A DNA stretch of 64,000 nucleotides, from positions 448,001 to 512,000 of the forward strand of contig CAVTRY010000011.1 in the NCBI GenBank assembly GCA_963737265.1, in the 5' to 3' direction. Shown here piece after piece: positions 31,477 to 41,019 of this stretch. The notes below the pieces were generated by a model. The model did not search any database, was not told the origin of the DNA, and was given only the letters and a program-made list of their open reading frames with translations. The position numbers and the translations under genes are program-made. Positions within the stretch are counted from its first letter, which is position 1, and every line of letters begins with the position of its first letter. Origin of the DNA: an uncultured delta proteobacterium (GTDB lineage Bacteria; Myxococcota_A; Polyangia; Fen-1088).

Positions 31477-32664
31477 ATGCTTCCCAACGAACGTACGACG
31501 CGAAATGAAGTCGCTGCGACGCCGGGTGAAGTTGAAGGACTGGTCGTCGCCCCGGATCGCAATTCTGCGCGCCCTCTGGTCGAGTTTCTCCGCTCGGAGG
31601 GAGTCAACGTTCAGGTTGTCAACTCTGCCGACCATGCATTTGAAGAAGCGCTGCTTCACCGGCCCAACGTCGTGCTCATCGACGAGAGCATCACCGGCGC
31701 CGGGGGTGTAGACCTGTGCGAGCGCATCAAGGCCAACTCCCGGACGCACTTTCTGCCTACCATTCTGTTCTCGCGCAGCAAGCAGAGTCCTCTTTTACGC
31801 CTCGACGCCCTGGCCGCGGGCGCGGATGCGATGTTCAGTCCGTCCACGAGCAAGGAAGAACGGCGAGCGCGACTTTGGGCACTGCTCCGCTCGCAGGCAA
31901 TCTTTCGCAAGATCGAGAACAAGCAGCAGGCTCAAGGCACCGCGATCCGTAACAAACGACGTTGGGTGCGCGGCCTGGTTCACGACGTGCAGAATTCCCT
32001 CGGTGCGATTCAGGCCAATTTCGAGTACCTCGCTCAGGAATCGGAGGGCCACAGCCCGAAGAAGCGCGAAGACCTCGCCGAATGCGTTCAGGACACGCGC
32101 ACGACGTTTCGCGAGCTCGTGCGCAACCTTCGTACCGTCCTCGAATACGAGCGCTTCGAGGCTGGGGATATCGTCATCAAGAAGGGCAAGCTACGACTCT
32201 CCGACGTGATCGAAGGCGTGCGGTCTAATCTTGAGCATCTGGCCGCGAATGCCGTCAAGGAAATCGTTTTGGACAGCTCTCTTTACGCGCTGCCGGTGCA
32301 AGGAGACGATGTCTACGTCAAGGAGGCCGTGAGCAATCTAACGACCTACATCTTGCGCCAGGCTGATAATCGAACCTGCTTCCTTTGTGCGTCCTCCGAG
32401 GGAGGCATTTCCCGTCTGCGCGTTTACGGTGACAGACACAAAATGTTGCCGGAAACCAGGCTGCGCATCTTCGATCCATTCTTGGGCTCCACGGACGAGA
32501 AGGCGACCAAAGTGGCACACGGGGTGGGGCTCGCGCTCGCCAAGGCCATCGTCGATGCACACCACGGCTCGATATGGGTGGAGGACAATCCCCAGGCTGG
32601 CTCTGGGTTCGTGCTTGAGTTTCCGTCGCATTGGCCAAGCAGGGAGCATCGCTCTTCCGAATGA
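31477..32664 (+). CDS. Hybrid response regulator/histidine kinase-like protein
   Basis: Atypical receiver (VVLID), H-box VHDVQNSL, IFDPF, GVGLALAKAIV..HHGSI. Confidence 0.85.
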   Translation: MLPNERTTRNEVAATPGEVEGLVVAPDRNSARPLVEFLRSEGVNVQVVNSADHAFEEALLHRPNVVLIDESITGAGGVDLCERIKANSRTHFLPTILFSRSKQSPLLRLDALAAGADAMFSPSTSKEERRARLWALLRSQAIFRKIENKQQAQGTAIRNKRRWVRGLVHDVQNSLGAIQANFEYLAQESEGHSPKKREDLAECVQDTRTTFRELVRNLRTVLEYERFEAGDIVIKKGKLRLSDVIEGVRSNLEHLAANAVKEIVLDSSLYALPVQGDDVYVKEAVSNLTTYILRQADNRTCFLCASSEGGISRLRVYGDRHKMLPETRLRIFDPFLGSTDEKATKVAHGVGLALAKAIVDAHHGSIWVEDNPQAGSGFVLEFPSHWPSREHRSSE

Positions 32665-33491
32665 AAGCTTTCCGCTGGGTCCAGCCGGCGATGGCGGCCT
32701 TCTTCGTGTCGCTGTTCTTGGTCGCGGGCCTGGGCGCTGTTTCGGCCGCGAACAAGGTGGATGCGCTGGCGGGTGCCTTGCTAACAGATCCCAGCTTCAA
32801 GGTGCGGACCCAGGCAGCGCTGCTACTCGGCAAGCTGGGGGACAGGGACGCCATCGATTCGCTCGTCAAGGCGCTGGGCGACGACAACAAAACCGTTCGC
32901 GCCATGGCCGCCCAGTCGCTCGGTAAGCTTGGCGGAGACAAAGCCACGGTGGCGCTCAAGAGCCTGCTTGAGCGCGAGTCCGACCCCTTCGTGCGCGGCC
33001 AAGCCGAAAAAGCCCTGGCGGCGTTGACATCCGCTCGTCCGGTCGAATCACAGGACGGCAAAGATCGAAAGGTTTACTTGAAGTTTGGTCCATTTACCGG
33101 CGGAAGCAAAGCGGCGGACGCGAACCTGCTGGCGCTGCTCAAGGGGGCGCTCCGGCAGTCGCTCGAGAAGTTGCCGCAAATCGTTGTGGCCGAAAGCGCG
33201 GACGAGAAGAACCTCGGCAAGAACGGTAGGTTGGCCTTCCTCATTGATGGCAACGTGCTGAAACTGGAGGACAGCGCCGCCGGCTCGGGACTCGAGACGA
33301 GCTGCGAGGTCAAGGTCATGGTCGCCCGCTGGCCTTCCAAGAGTGTCATCCTTTGGACCAGCGCGGGCGCCGCGGTCCAAGGAGGCAGCCGAGACCGAGA
33401 CAAGCAAAATGCCCGACGTGATTGCATTGAAGCCTCCGCCGGGCAATTGGGTGACAGCTTGGTGGGTTACTTCAAGTCACAGGGAGGCTAG
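32661..33491 (+). CDS. Secreted HEAT-repeat protein
   Basis: Signal peptide; DPSFKVRTQAALLLG, VRAMAAQSLG repeats. Confidence 0.85.
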   Translation: MKAFRWVQPAMAAFFVSLFLVAGLGAVSAANKVDALAGALLTDPSFKVRTQAALLLGKLGDRDAIDSLVKALGDDNKTVRAMAAQSLGKLGGDKATVALKSLLERESDPFVRGQAEKALAALTSARPVESQDGKDRKVYLKFGPFTGGSKAADANLLALLKGALRQSLEKLPQIVVAESADEKNLGKNGRLAFLIDGNVLKLEDSAAGSGLETSCEVKVMVARWPSKSVILWTSAGAAVQGGSRDRDKQNARRDCIEASAGQLGDSLVGYFKSQGG

Positions 33492-33524
33492 AACTCGTAT
33501 GGAACGCGGCATAGGAGCATATCG

Positions 33525-34142
33525 ATGACGAAATTCGAGCGAGCACCGCAGCAAAAGCGAAAGCTGCGCAACTATCTTCTCGATGTTGGACTGCAGCTTC
33601 GCTACACGGTCTTTATCATCGCGGTGGCGGTGTTTCTGACCGCGTTTCTTGGCCACCGCATCTACGTGGCCACGCAGGAAACCACCCGCATCGTCATCAT
33701 GACGGCCTCCGTGGATCCGAGCGTGGAACAGGAGCTGCGCTCGCAGTTCCGCGCCAACGACCGGGTGGTTCTTTGGGGCATCGTCGGGTTTGGCGTCGTT
33801 CTGCTGGTCACGGTCACCGGCGCGGGCATTTGGATGACTCACAAGATCGCCGGGCCCTTGCACAACATCGGCTCGACGTTTGCGCGCGTTCGCGACAACA
33901 AGCTTCCGGCTGACCTCGGCAAACTTCGCAAGGGCGACGAATTGCACGCCTTCCACGCCGGGTTTTGCGAGATGTACGAGGCCATTCGCGGTCGTATCGT
34001 GAAAGACACCGAGGTCCTGGCGCGAGCAATCGCCGCCATCGAGGCCGAGCCATCGCGCTCGGCGGAGCTTGAGCGAACCCTGGAGACTCTGCGCGCGCTT
34101 CACCAAGAGAAGGTTCAGAGCCTGGCGTCGTTGGGACGTTAG
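33525..34142 (+). CDS. Two-TM HAMP-like membrane protein
   Basis: Two TM helices, THKIAGPL...LRKGDEL HAMP-like motif. Confidence 0.75.
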   Translation: MTKFERAPQQKRKLRNYLLDVGLQLRYTVFIIAVAVFLTAFLGHRIYVATQETTRIVIMTASVDPSVEQELRSQFRANDRVVLWGIVGFGVVLLVTVTGAGIWMTHKIAGPLHNIGSTFARVRDNKLPADLGKLRKGDELHAFHAGFCEMYEAIRGRIVKDTEVLARAIAAIEAEPSRSAELERTLETLRALHQEKVQSLASLGR

Positions 34143-34215
34143 GCTCAATCGCCGCGCGCGCGGGCGACTTCTGGTTTTGAGGCGGTTGGGCTAGGTTTGG
34201 CGCGCAGGTGAAGGT

Positions 34216-34243
34216 AGTTGACATAATATCTGTTATCGGACAT
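34216..34243 (-). other. dif site (XerCD chromosome dimer resolution site)
   Basis: Minus strand ATGTCCGATAA-CAGATA-TTATGTCAACT: 11-6-11 layout matching dif (E. coli GGTGCGCATAA-TGTATA-TTATGTTAAAT); AT-rich, intergenic, between convergent genes. Confidence 0.88.
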
Positions 34244-34268
34244 TCGGGCTTTCAATCGTTCAGGCTTG

Positions 34269-34320
34269 TCAGACCGTCGGCGCGCGACCTTGTCGCTCAG
34301 ACCGTCGGCGCGCGACCTTG
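34269..34320. repeat. 24-bp tandem duplication of the gmd 3' end
   Basis: TCAGACCGTCGGCGCGCGACCTTG at 34269-34292 and 34297-34320. Confidence 0.9.
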
Positions 34321-35301
34321 AAGCGACGAACGAACGTCAGCTTCGTCGGACCTGACCATCATCTCGATGAGCTCCTTGAAGCGCACGCGCGGCTTCCAGC
34401 CGAGCTTCGCGGCCGCCTTGCTGGCGTCGCCGCACAGGTGGTCGACCTCGGTCGGACGATAGTAGCGGGGATCGATCTCGACGAATTTCTTCCAGTCGAG
34501 GCCCAAGGTTCCGAACGCCACGTCGAGCGCCTCGCGCACCGAATGCGCCTCGCCGGTGGCGACGACGTAGTCGTCCGGCTTTTCCTGCTGCAGCATCAGC
34601 CACATGGCTTCGACGTAATCGCCGGCAAAGCCCCAGTCGCGTTTCGCGTCCAGGTTGCCGAGGTACAGCTTCTTGTCGAGGCCGTGGCTGATGCGCGCCG
34701 CAGCCCGGGTGATCTTGCGCGTGACGAACGGGATGCCGCGGCGGGGAGATTCGTGATTAAAGAGAATGCCACTGCAGATGAACATGCCGTAGGCCTCGCG
34801 GTAGTTCTCGCACAAGTGATGGGCGAAAACCTTGGCACATGCGTACGGACTGCGCGGGCGAAACAGTGTGCTTTCGTGTTGCGGCGGCGCCGAACCTCCG
34901 AACATCTCGCTCGACGACGCCTGGTACAGTTTGCACTTGTGTCCGGTTTCGCGCAGGGTCTCAAGCAAGCGCAGCGTTCCCAGCGCGACGGTGTCGGCGG
35001 TGTACTCCGGTACATCGAAGCTGACGCGAACGTGGCTTTGCGCGCCCAGGTTGTAGATTTCGTCGGGCGCCGTCGTCCGGATAAGGTGGTTAAGCGAGCT
35101 GGCATCTTCGAGGTCGCCGAAGACCAGCCGGAAGCGATAGTCGCTGGCGTGCGGATCCTGATAGATGCCCTCGATGCGATCGGTGTTGAAGGAGCTCGAC
35201 CGGCGCACCATGCCGATGACCTCGTAGCCCTTCTTGAGCAACCACTCCGCCAGATACGATCCATCCTGTCCGGTAACCCCGGTGATCAACGCACGCTTCA
35301 T
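34297..35301 (-). CDS. gmd: GDP-mannose 4,6-dehydratase
   Basis: [55 protein letters not shown]. Confidence 0.98.
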   Translation of the reverse strand: MKRALITGVTGQDGSYLAEWLLKKGYEVIGMVRRSSSFNTDRIEGIYQDPHASDYRFRLVFGDLEDASSLNHLIRTTAPDEIYNLGAQSHVRVSFDVPEYTADTVALGTLRLLETLRETGHKCKLYQASSSEMFGGSAPPQHESTLFRPRSPYACAKVFAHHLCENYREAYGMFICSGILFNHESPRRGIPFVTRKITRAAARISHGLDKKLYLGNLDAKRDWGFAGDYVEAMWLMLQQEKPDDYVVATGEAHSVREALDVAFGTLGLDWKKFVEIDPRYYRPTEVDHLCGDASKAAAKLGWKPRVRFKELIEMMVRSDEADVRSSLQGRAPTV

Positions 35302-36254
35302 AGCTCTCCCTGTTTGTGGTGTTCTTCGAAATACGCGATGGTCGCACGCAAGCCGTCGGCAAACGATGTCTTGGCCACGAAGCCAAAGCGCTCACGCGCG
35401 CGTGTCACGTCGAGGCGCCGGCGTGGCTGCCCGTTGGGCTGGCTCTTGTCCCAGCGCAACTGACCGCGAAACCCGGTCTGCTCGGCGATGAGCGTGGCCA
35501 GGTCGCGAATGGAAATTTCTTCGCCGGTGCCGAGATTCACCGGATCGCTGGCATCGTAGCTGGCGGCGGCCATCACCAATCCGACGGCGGCATCGCCCGC
35601 GTATAGGAATTCGCGCGTCGGCGATCCGTCTCCCCACAGGACGATTTGGTCGCTGCCCGCGTCGCGCGCTTCCACGCATTTGCGAATCAGCGCCGGGATC
35701 ACGTGAGACGACTTGGGATCGAAGTTGTCGCGCGGGCCGTAAAGGTTCACGGGAAAAAGCACCACGCTGTTCATTCCGTACTGCTCGCGGTAGCCCTGCG
35801 ACAGCACCAGCATCATCTTCTTGGCGATGCCGTAGGGCGCGTTGGTCTCCTCAGGATAGCCATTCCACAGGTCGTCCTCGCGGAACGGCAACGGCGCGAA
35901 TTTGGGGTAAGCACAGATGGTTCCCACCGCCACCAACTTCTTCACCGCGGACAGCCGGCACTCTTCGAAGACGTTCAGACCCATCGCCGCGTTCTCGAAC
36001 ATGAAGCGGCCGGGGTTCTCGCGATTGGCACCGATGCCGCCCACGCGCGCCGCCAGGTGGAAAACCAAATCCGGCTTGGTGTCCGCGAGAAGACGTCGGC
36101 ACGCCAGCCGGTCGACCAGGTCGACGTCGCGGCTGCGCGGCGAAACGATGTCGGTCGCTCCGCGCCTGCGTAGCTCTTCGCCGACAAAGCTACCGAGAAA
36201 GCCAGCACCGCCGGTCACGAGAATTCGGGATTTGGAAAAGTCGATGGCGCTCAC
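35298..36254 (-). CDS. fcl: GDP-L-fucose synthase
   Basis: [34 protein letters not shown]...[17 protein letters not shown]. Confidence 0.96.
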   Translation of the reverse strand: MSAIDFSKSRILVTGGAGFLGSFVGEELRRRGATDIVSPRSRDVDLVDRLACRRLLADTKPDLVFHLAARVGGIGANRENPGRFMFENAAMGLNVFEECRLSAVKKLVAVGTICAYPKFAPLPFREDDLWNGYPEETNAPYGIAKKMMLVLSQGYREQYGMNSVVLFPVNLYGPRDNFDPKSSHVIPALIRKCVEARDAGSDQIVLWGDGSPTREFLYAGDAAVGLVMAAASYDASDPVNLGTGEEISIRDLATLIAEQTGFRGQLRWDKSQPNGQPRRRLDVTRARERFGFVAKTSFADGLRATIAYFEEHHKQGEL

Positions 36255-36311
36255 TCGGCTGTCATAGCGCAGGTGGCCCGCTTCTGGCCAGTTTGCAATC
36301 TGCCCGACGGC

Positions 36312-37502
36312 TCACTTGGCCGTCTGGGCAAAGGCGTCGCGCAGGGTTCGTTTGCCGGCCGCCACTTGCGCCGCGAAGGCCGTCAGCTCGGCCAAGGTGC
36401 GATTCGTGTCCTCGGGCCGCATCGAGCTTCCGCCCGGCTGGATGGTGCCACCGTAGGTCGTCACCACAAAAATGCGGATGACTTCGGCGCGCTCGGCGGG
36501 AAACATGCCGCCATAGAGTTCCACGAGGTCGACGATGTCCTTGGGCGCCTTTCCGCGCAGCGCCGCGCTGGCCCAGGCGCCGAGCAGCTTGGCCTGGAAG
36601 TTACGAAAGGTGCCCAAAATGGCCGCCGGGCTTATTCCCGGTGGCATGCGGTTGGCGGCAAACGGAGCGTAGAACGCCTCCGGCGCCACGCGCGGACCCA
36701 CCGCGCGCGATTGGGCCATGCGGTACAGGATGGTCGCAGCCACGCCGGGCGATGCCACCAGCTCGCTCGCCGGTTGCAACATTCCACCGTTGAGAACGAA
36801 GTGATTCTCGCGCACGTCTGCAAACAGCGCGCGCTGCTCGGAGGTTCCTTCGTCGAGCTGAATCACGCCGGCCGGACCCGACGTGAAACGCCATTCCCGC
36901 GCGATCACCTCCATGGCCATGCGGTAGCCGTCAACCAAGGCTTTCGGCGGCGCCGGGGCCGCATCGAGCAAGCCCGCGCTGGCGACCAGATGGGCGGCGT
37001 ATGCGGCGAAGCGAGACGCCAGGGTCTGAACCAATGCCTTGTCGCGCGCGGGATCGAATGTGATGCCGAACCAAGGCAGGGTCGGACGAACCGTGGAAGA
37101 CCCGAAGCTACCCGCAACGGCCAATCCGCGAGCGTAGGGTGTCTGGTCGACACCGACGACCAGGCAGACCGGCGCGCTGGCGTTGGCCCGCGCCAACTCG
37201 GAGAAACGCTGGCCGTCCACCGTGGCGTCGCGAATGAATTGTCCTGCCAGATACACCGTGCGCAGCATCTCCGAGGCAAAGCCGGCCTCCAGCAGTCCTG
37301 GCACCGGCTGAACCGCTTCGGTCTTGACGTTGGCGGTTCGCACCGCCAGCGGTTCGCCCGGCTTGGCGGCGGCGCCGTTCGGGACGAAAAGGACATACGA
37401 ATCCGGCGGCGCGATCGGTTTGTTGGGATTCGCATGGCAGCCGGCCAGCCCAGCGATGAAGCAGGCAAATACCAGGACGGGCGACCGATGGAATCTCGAC
37501 AT
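36312..37502 (-). CDS. Hypothetical lipoprotein
   Basis: LAGC lipobox, long ORF with coding-like bias; family not recognised. Confidence 0.7.
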   Translation of the reverse strand: MSRFHRSPVLVFACFIAGLAGCHANPNKPIAPPDSYVLFVPNGAAAKPGEPLAVRTANVKTEAVQPVPGLLEAGFASEMLRTVYLAGQFIRDATVDGQRFSELARANASAPVCLVVGVDQTPYARGLAVAGSFGSSTVRPTLPWFGITFDPARDKALVQTLASRFAAYAAHLVASAGLLDAAPAPPKALVDGYRMAMEVIAREWRFTSGPAGVIQLDEGTSEQRALFADVRENHFVLNGGMLQPASELVASPGVAATILYRMAQSRAVGPRVAPEAFYAPFAANRMPPGISPAAILGTFRNFQAKLLGAWASAALRGKAPKDIVDLVELYGGMFPAERAEVIRIFVVTTYGGTIQPGGSSMRPEDTNRTLAELTAFAAQVAAGKRTLRDAFAQTAK

Positions 37503-37608
37503 GTACAGCACTTTACCATCGCCGCAACTTCCGCGCGGCGATGCCGATAAGACGGCATGCGCACCTGGATCTTTTTCGCATTCGCGGCGGCTCTCGGCCT
37601 ACCCTGCA

Positions 37609-38508
37609 ATGATGTTCAAGCACAGATGGTTGGCGAAGCTAGCCATCGCGACATCCCTGTGCTCGCTGCTTGCCTGCGCTCGGTTCGACAAGCCCACGTC
37701 GCCGACATCGCAAGGGGCGAAGCTCCACGTCGATTTCCTGGATGTGGGGCACGGCGACGCCGCGCTCATCACCTCTCCCACCGGAAAAACCGTTCTCATC
37801 GATGGTGGCTTGGAGGAGGCATCCCCAAGCATCGTCTCGTTTCTGCGCGGTCGGAACGCCTGCCCGCTCGACCTGATCCTGCTGACCCATCGTCACGCCG
37901 ACCATCTGGGCGGCCTGGTGCATGTCATCGAGTGGTGCGGCACGCGCCTGTACCTAGACGCGCCCTACCCCCACGACAGCGCCATCTACGCCAAGCTCCT
38001 GCGCGCCATCGAGAGCCATCACGTGCCAGTTCGCCAGGCGGAACGCGGGCGCAGCATCGAGCTCGGGGATGGCGCTCGGCTGTTGCTCCTCGGGCCGCCC
38101 TCGCCCTTTATCGGAGATACGGAGGGCGTGAATGCCAACAGCGTTGTCAGCCGCCTCGACTACGGCAAGGGCAGCGTGCTGTTCGCGGCGGATGCGGAGG
38201 AACTGGCCGAGAAGTGGCTGCTCGGCAGCGGGGCGGAGTTGCGCGCCTCGATCCTGAAGGTCGGGCATCATGGCGGCGGGCGGTCGTCCACCCTGAGGTT
38301 TCTGCAAGCGGTCGCGCCCAAAGTGGCGGTCGTCAGCACCGCCCCTGGCGATCCCAAGCATCCCCATCCCGACACCCTGGACCGGCTGGCGCAAGTCGGG
38401 GCGCGGGTCTTCCGCACCGACCTCGACGGGACGATTGCGGTCGATCTCGACGGCGCATCGGTCAGTGTGCACAGTCGAACGCGCACGGAGGCATTCAAGA
38501 CGCCATGA
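37609..38508 (+). CDS. ComEC/Rec2-type metallo-beta-lactamase-fold lipoprotein
   Basis: LDVGHGDA, LIDGG, THRHADHLGG, NANSVV, LKVGHHG, HPHP, RTD..G. Confidence 0.92.
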   Translation: MMFKHRWLAKLAIATSLCSLLACARFDKPTSPTSQGAKLHVDFLDVGHGDAALITSPTGKTVLIDGGLEEASPSIVSFLRGRNACPLDLILLTHRHADHLGGLVHVIEWCGTRLYLDAPYPHDSAIYAKLLRAIESHHVPVRQAERGRSIELGDGARLLLLGPPSPFIGDTEGVNANSVVSRLDYGKGSVLFAADAEELAEKWLLGSGAELRASILKVGHHGGGRSSTLRFLQAVAPKVAVVSTAPGDPKHPHPDTLDRLAQVGARVFRTDLDGTIAVDLDGASVSVHSRTRTEAFKTP

Positions 38509-38753
38509 CAACGAGGAAGCCCGCCGCGAAAGTCAGCACATTGTTCATCGACGAAATAGACGACGACATCGCCAGACTGCTGCTCGGCGACCGCAGCTTC
38601 GCGGTGCCGCGCTCTCTCCTGCCCGAAGACGCCCGCGAGGGCCAGTGGCTTGAGCTATCGGTGGTTCACACGTCGGCGCCCCCCGGCGATGACAGCGCCG
38701 CCCGACGCGCGCGCCTGGGAGCCGATGACCCCGGCGGCAAAATCAAGCTATGA
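38505..38753 (+). CDS. DUF3006-like small protein
   Basis: FIDEIDDDIARL...VPRSLLPEDAREG.WL; ATGA overlap with the ComEC-like gene, a typical pairing. Confidence 0.8.
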   Translation: MTTRKPAAKVSTLFIDEIDDDIARLLLGDRSFAVPRSLLPEDAREGQWLELSVVHTSAPPGDDSAARRARLGADDPGGKIKL

Positions 38754-39368
38754 TCCATGTACCCGCCGCGCCGCCTTGGCCGACCTAGCGAGCCGCCTCT
38801 GCGCATCCGAGGATGGATCTCTGCCACGAAAAAGACGATCTGAGATCGTGTCGGGAAATTTGGGACCTGCAGCTCGAAGGTGGGAGCTTCCGGGGAGTCC
38901 GTGTCTTCCGGGCGCTCACTAGCAGTTAGAGCGTGTCGGGAAGTTGCGGGCTGCCCGAAGTGCCGGCCGGCGGATCGCGGCTGCCGGCTCGCGAGAACGT
39001 GAGGGTGAGCGAGTTCGTGGGCGGTGCGCGGGAGGCGGAAAGCGCAGCGCGAGAGCGCGAGCGCTCCGCGAGTCGCGGGCCGCGCACGCTTACTCGAGCC
39101 GGCCACGCTGGCCGCGACACGCTGCGGGCGCTCACGCAACCGCGACCGCTCACGCTCGCCGATCCGCGCTGAACTGGAAGGCCGCTCGCCCATCTGGGCC
39201 AGCCGGGCCTCGCACGCCTCGCCACGAGTGCAGCGGAAGCGGCACAGTCGGTCGGCGCCTTGGCGACTGGAGGCCTCCGTATAACCTGAAGACGCTCCAC
39301 GGTCGCGCAAAACGTAAGGCCGCGGAGCCGGCGGTGCCACCCGCACCGGCTAAATAGCGGGAATGAAG

Positions 39369-39405
39369 AAGGCCGGCGGTGACAGGCGAGCGCCGCTGGC
39401 CTTTT
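39369..39405 (+). terminator. Putative intrinsic terminator hairpin
   Basis: AAGGCCGGCGGTG / CGCCGCTGGCCTT stem (with G-U pairs) followed by a short T run. Confidence 0.45.
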
Positions 39406-39488
39406 CGACGTTGTCTTGGCCCGCTTCGGGCTTAGATTAGGATACCGTCGTGGATCCGAATTGTCCTGCCCTTCGAATCACGCATAGG

Positions 39489-41019
39489 ATGGCGCTACGT
39501 ATTTGATTGGTCCCTCGCTTGGGCCTGATTCGCGAGATCGAAGCCAAGACGGGTGGGAAACTCACCGAGGCGGGCCGGCACTATCGGCTGATCCGGGACA
39601 TCGACTTCGAGAAATTCCCCGAGCGCAACTACTACCACGTGGTCCGCCAGGATGAGGCCAAGCAGATCCTGGACGCGCTGGCCAAGCAGCCTGGCACGTC
39701 GACGAAATTGGCCGAGCTTCTCGTCAAGGCGCGCGACCAGGTCACGCGCGACTGGCACGCGCTCACCGAGCCCGACGGTCTCATCCTTCTTCGCCGGGCG
39801 CCGGTTCGAGCGCGCGCCCGAGAAGGACACGGGACCGGCCATCACGCCGTCGCAGATGCGCAAATTGATGGAGGAGGCTGCCTTGGAAGTTTTGGCGGTG
39901 GATCTGGACAAGACGCCGCAGGAAGGGCTGGCATATCGAATCAAGGCGCCCGACGGAAACGTGGCCACCGGCAAGCTGGACAAGGAAGGCCGGACGCGCG
40001 TGAGGTCGTCCTCGCCTGGCATCTTCACCGTCGCCTTCCCCGATCTAGACGGCGCGGACTGGGATGGTGACGGCGCGATGGACCTGCCACCGGAAGAGAC
40101 GCGCGCCGACGCCAGCCGTCACAAGGTCGCGCAGGGCGAGCGTCTAGCCACCATTGCCGGCCAATACGGTTTCGCGTGCTGGCAGACCATTTGGAATTTC
40201 AAGGGCAACCAGGAGCTCAAGGACCTGCGCGAAGATCCCAACGTGCTCTTCCCCGGCGACGAAGTCGTCATTCCCACCAAGCTCAAGCGCGACGCCGAAG
40301 TGCCGGGCGGCACGGCGACCTACGTGGTGAAGCGGGGCAAGGAAGTGCTGCGAGTGTGCTTCCCCGTGGGCTGGGGCTGGGACGACGATCCGGTCTCGTA
40401 CACGGCCAAACCCGACACCGGCGGGCCGGACCTCACTGGGCCGCTCGATTCCGAAGGCTGGATGGAAATCGCCCTGCCGCCAGACACCAGCCAAGTCGAC
40501 GTTGCGCTGTGGACCGGCGATCCCGACAATCCCATCGTCAGCTATGCCCTGCGCGTGGGCGAGATGGATCCCATCGACGAGGTCACTGGCGTGCAGGCCA
40601 GACTGGCCAATCTCGGCTACTACGACGGCGCCATCGACGGCGACACGAAGAAGGTGACCGCCGCCGCCATCGCCCAGTTCCGCCGCGAGCAAGGCCTGCC
40701 AATGGGCGACCAAGTCGACGATGACTTGCTCAACGCCCTGAATGGCATGCACGGCGCCGACGAGTCGCCCGTTGACACCGAGGCGGATCAGACATTTACA
40801 GACGACGATTCCGCGGATGACGAAAGTACCGACGCCACGGAGGGCGAAGCCGCCGAACCGGCGCAAGAAGGCGATGACGATGGCCAGGATGATGAGCAGG
40901 ACGACGAATGGATCGAGGACGACGAATGGGACGGCGACTGGGAAGAGGAAGATGAAGACGGCGATAGCGACCAGGAAGACGCCGTCGAGGATTCGTCTGA
41001 CAGCTCGCCGCGGGAGTAG
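39489..41019 (+). CDS. Multidomain protein: unknown N-domain, transthyretin-like domain, LysM, second beta-sandwich, PG-binding-1 domain, acidic tail; frameshift near 39815, start region also irregular
   Basis: ORF 39507-40070 then 39652-41019 frames. LAYRIKAPDG...GKLDKEG (TTR-like), HKVAQGERLATIA..DPNVLFPGDEVVIP (LysM), GVQARLANLGY..G.IDG...AAIAQF (PGBD), D/E-rich C-terminus. Confidence 0.75.
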
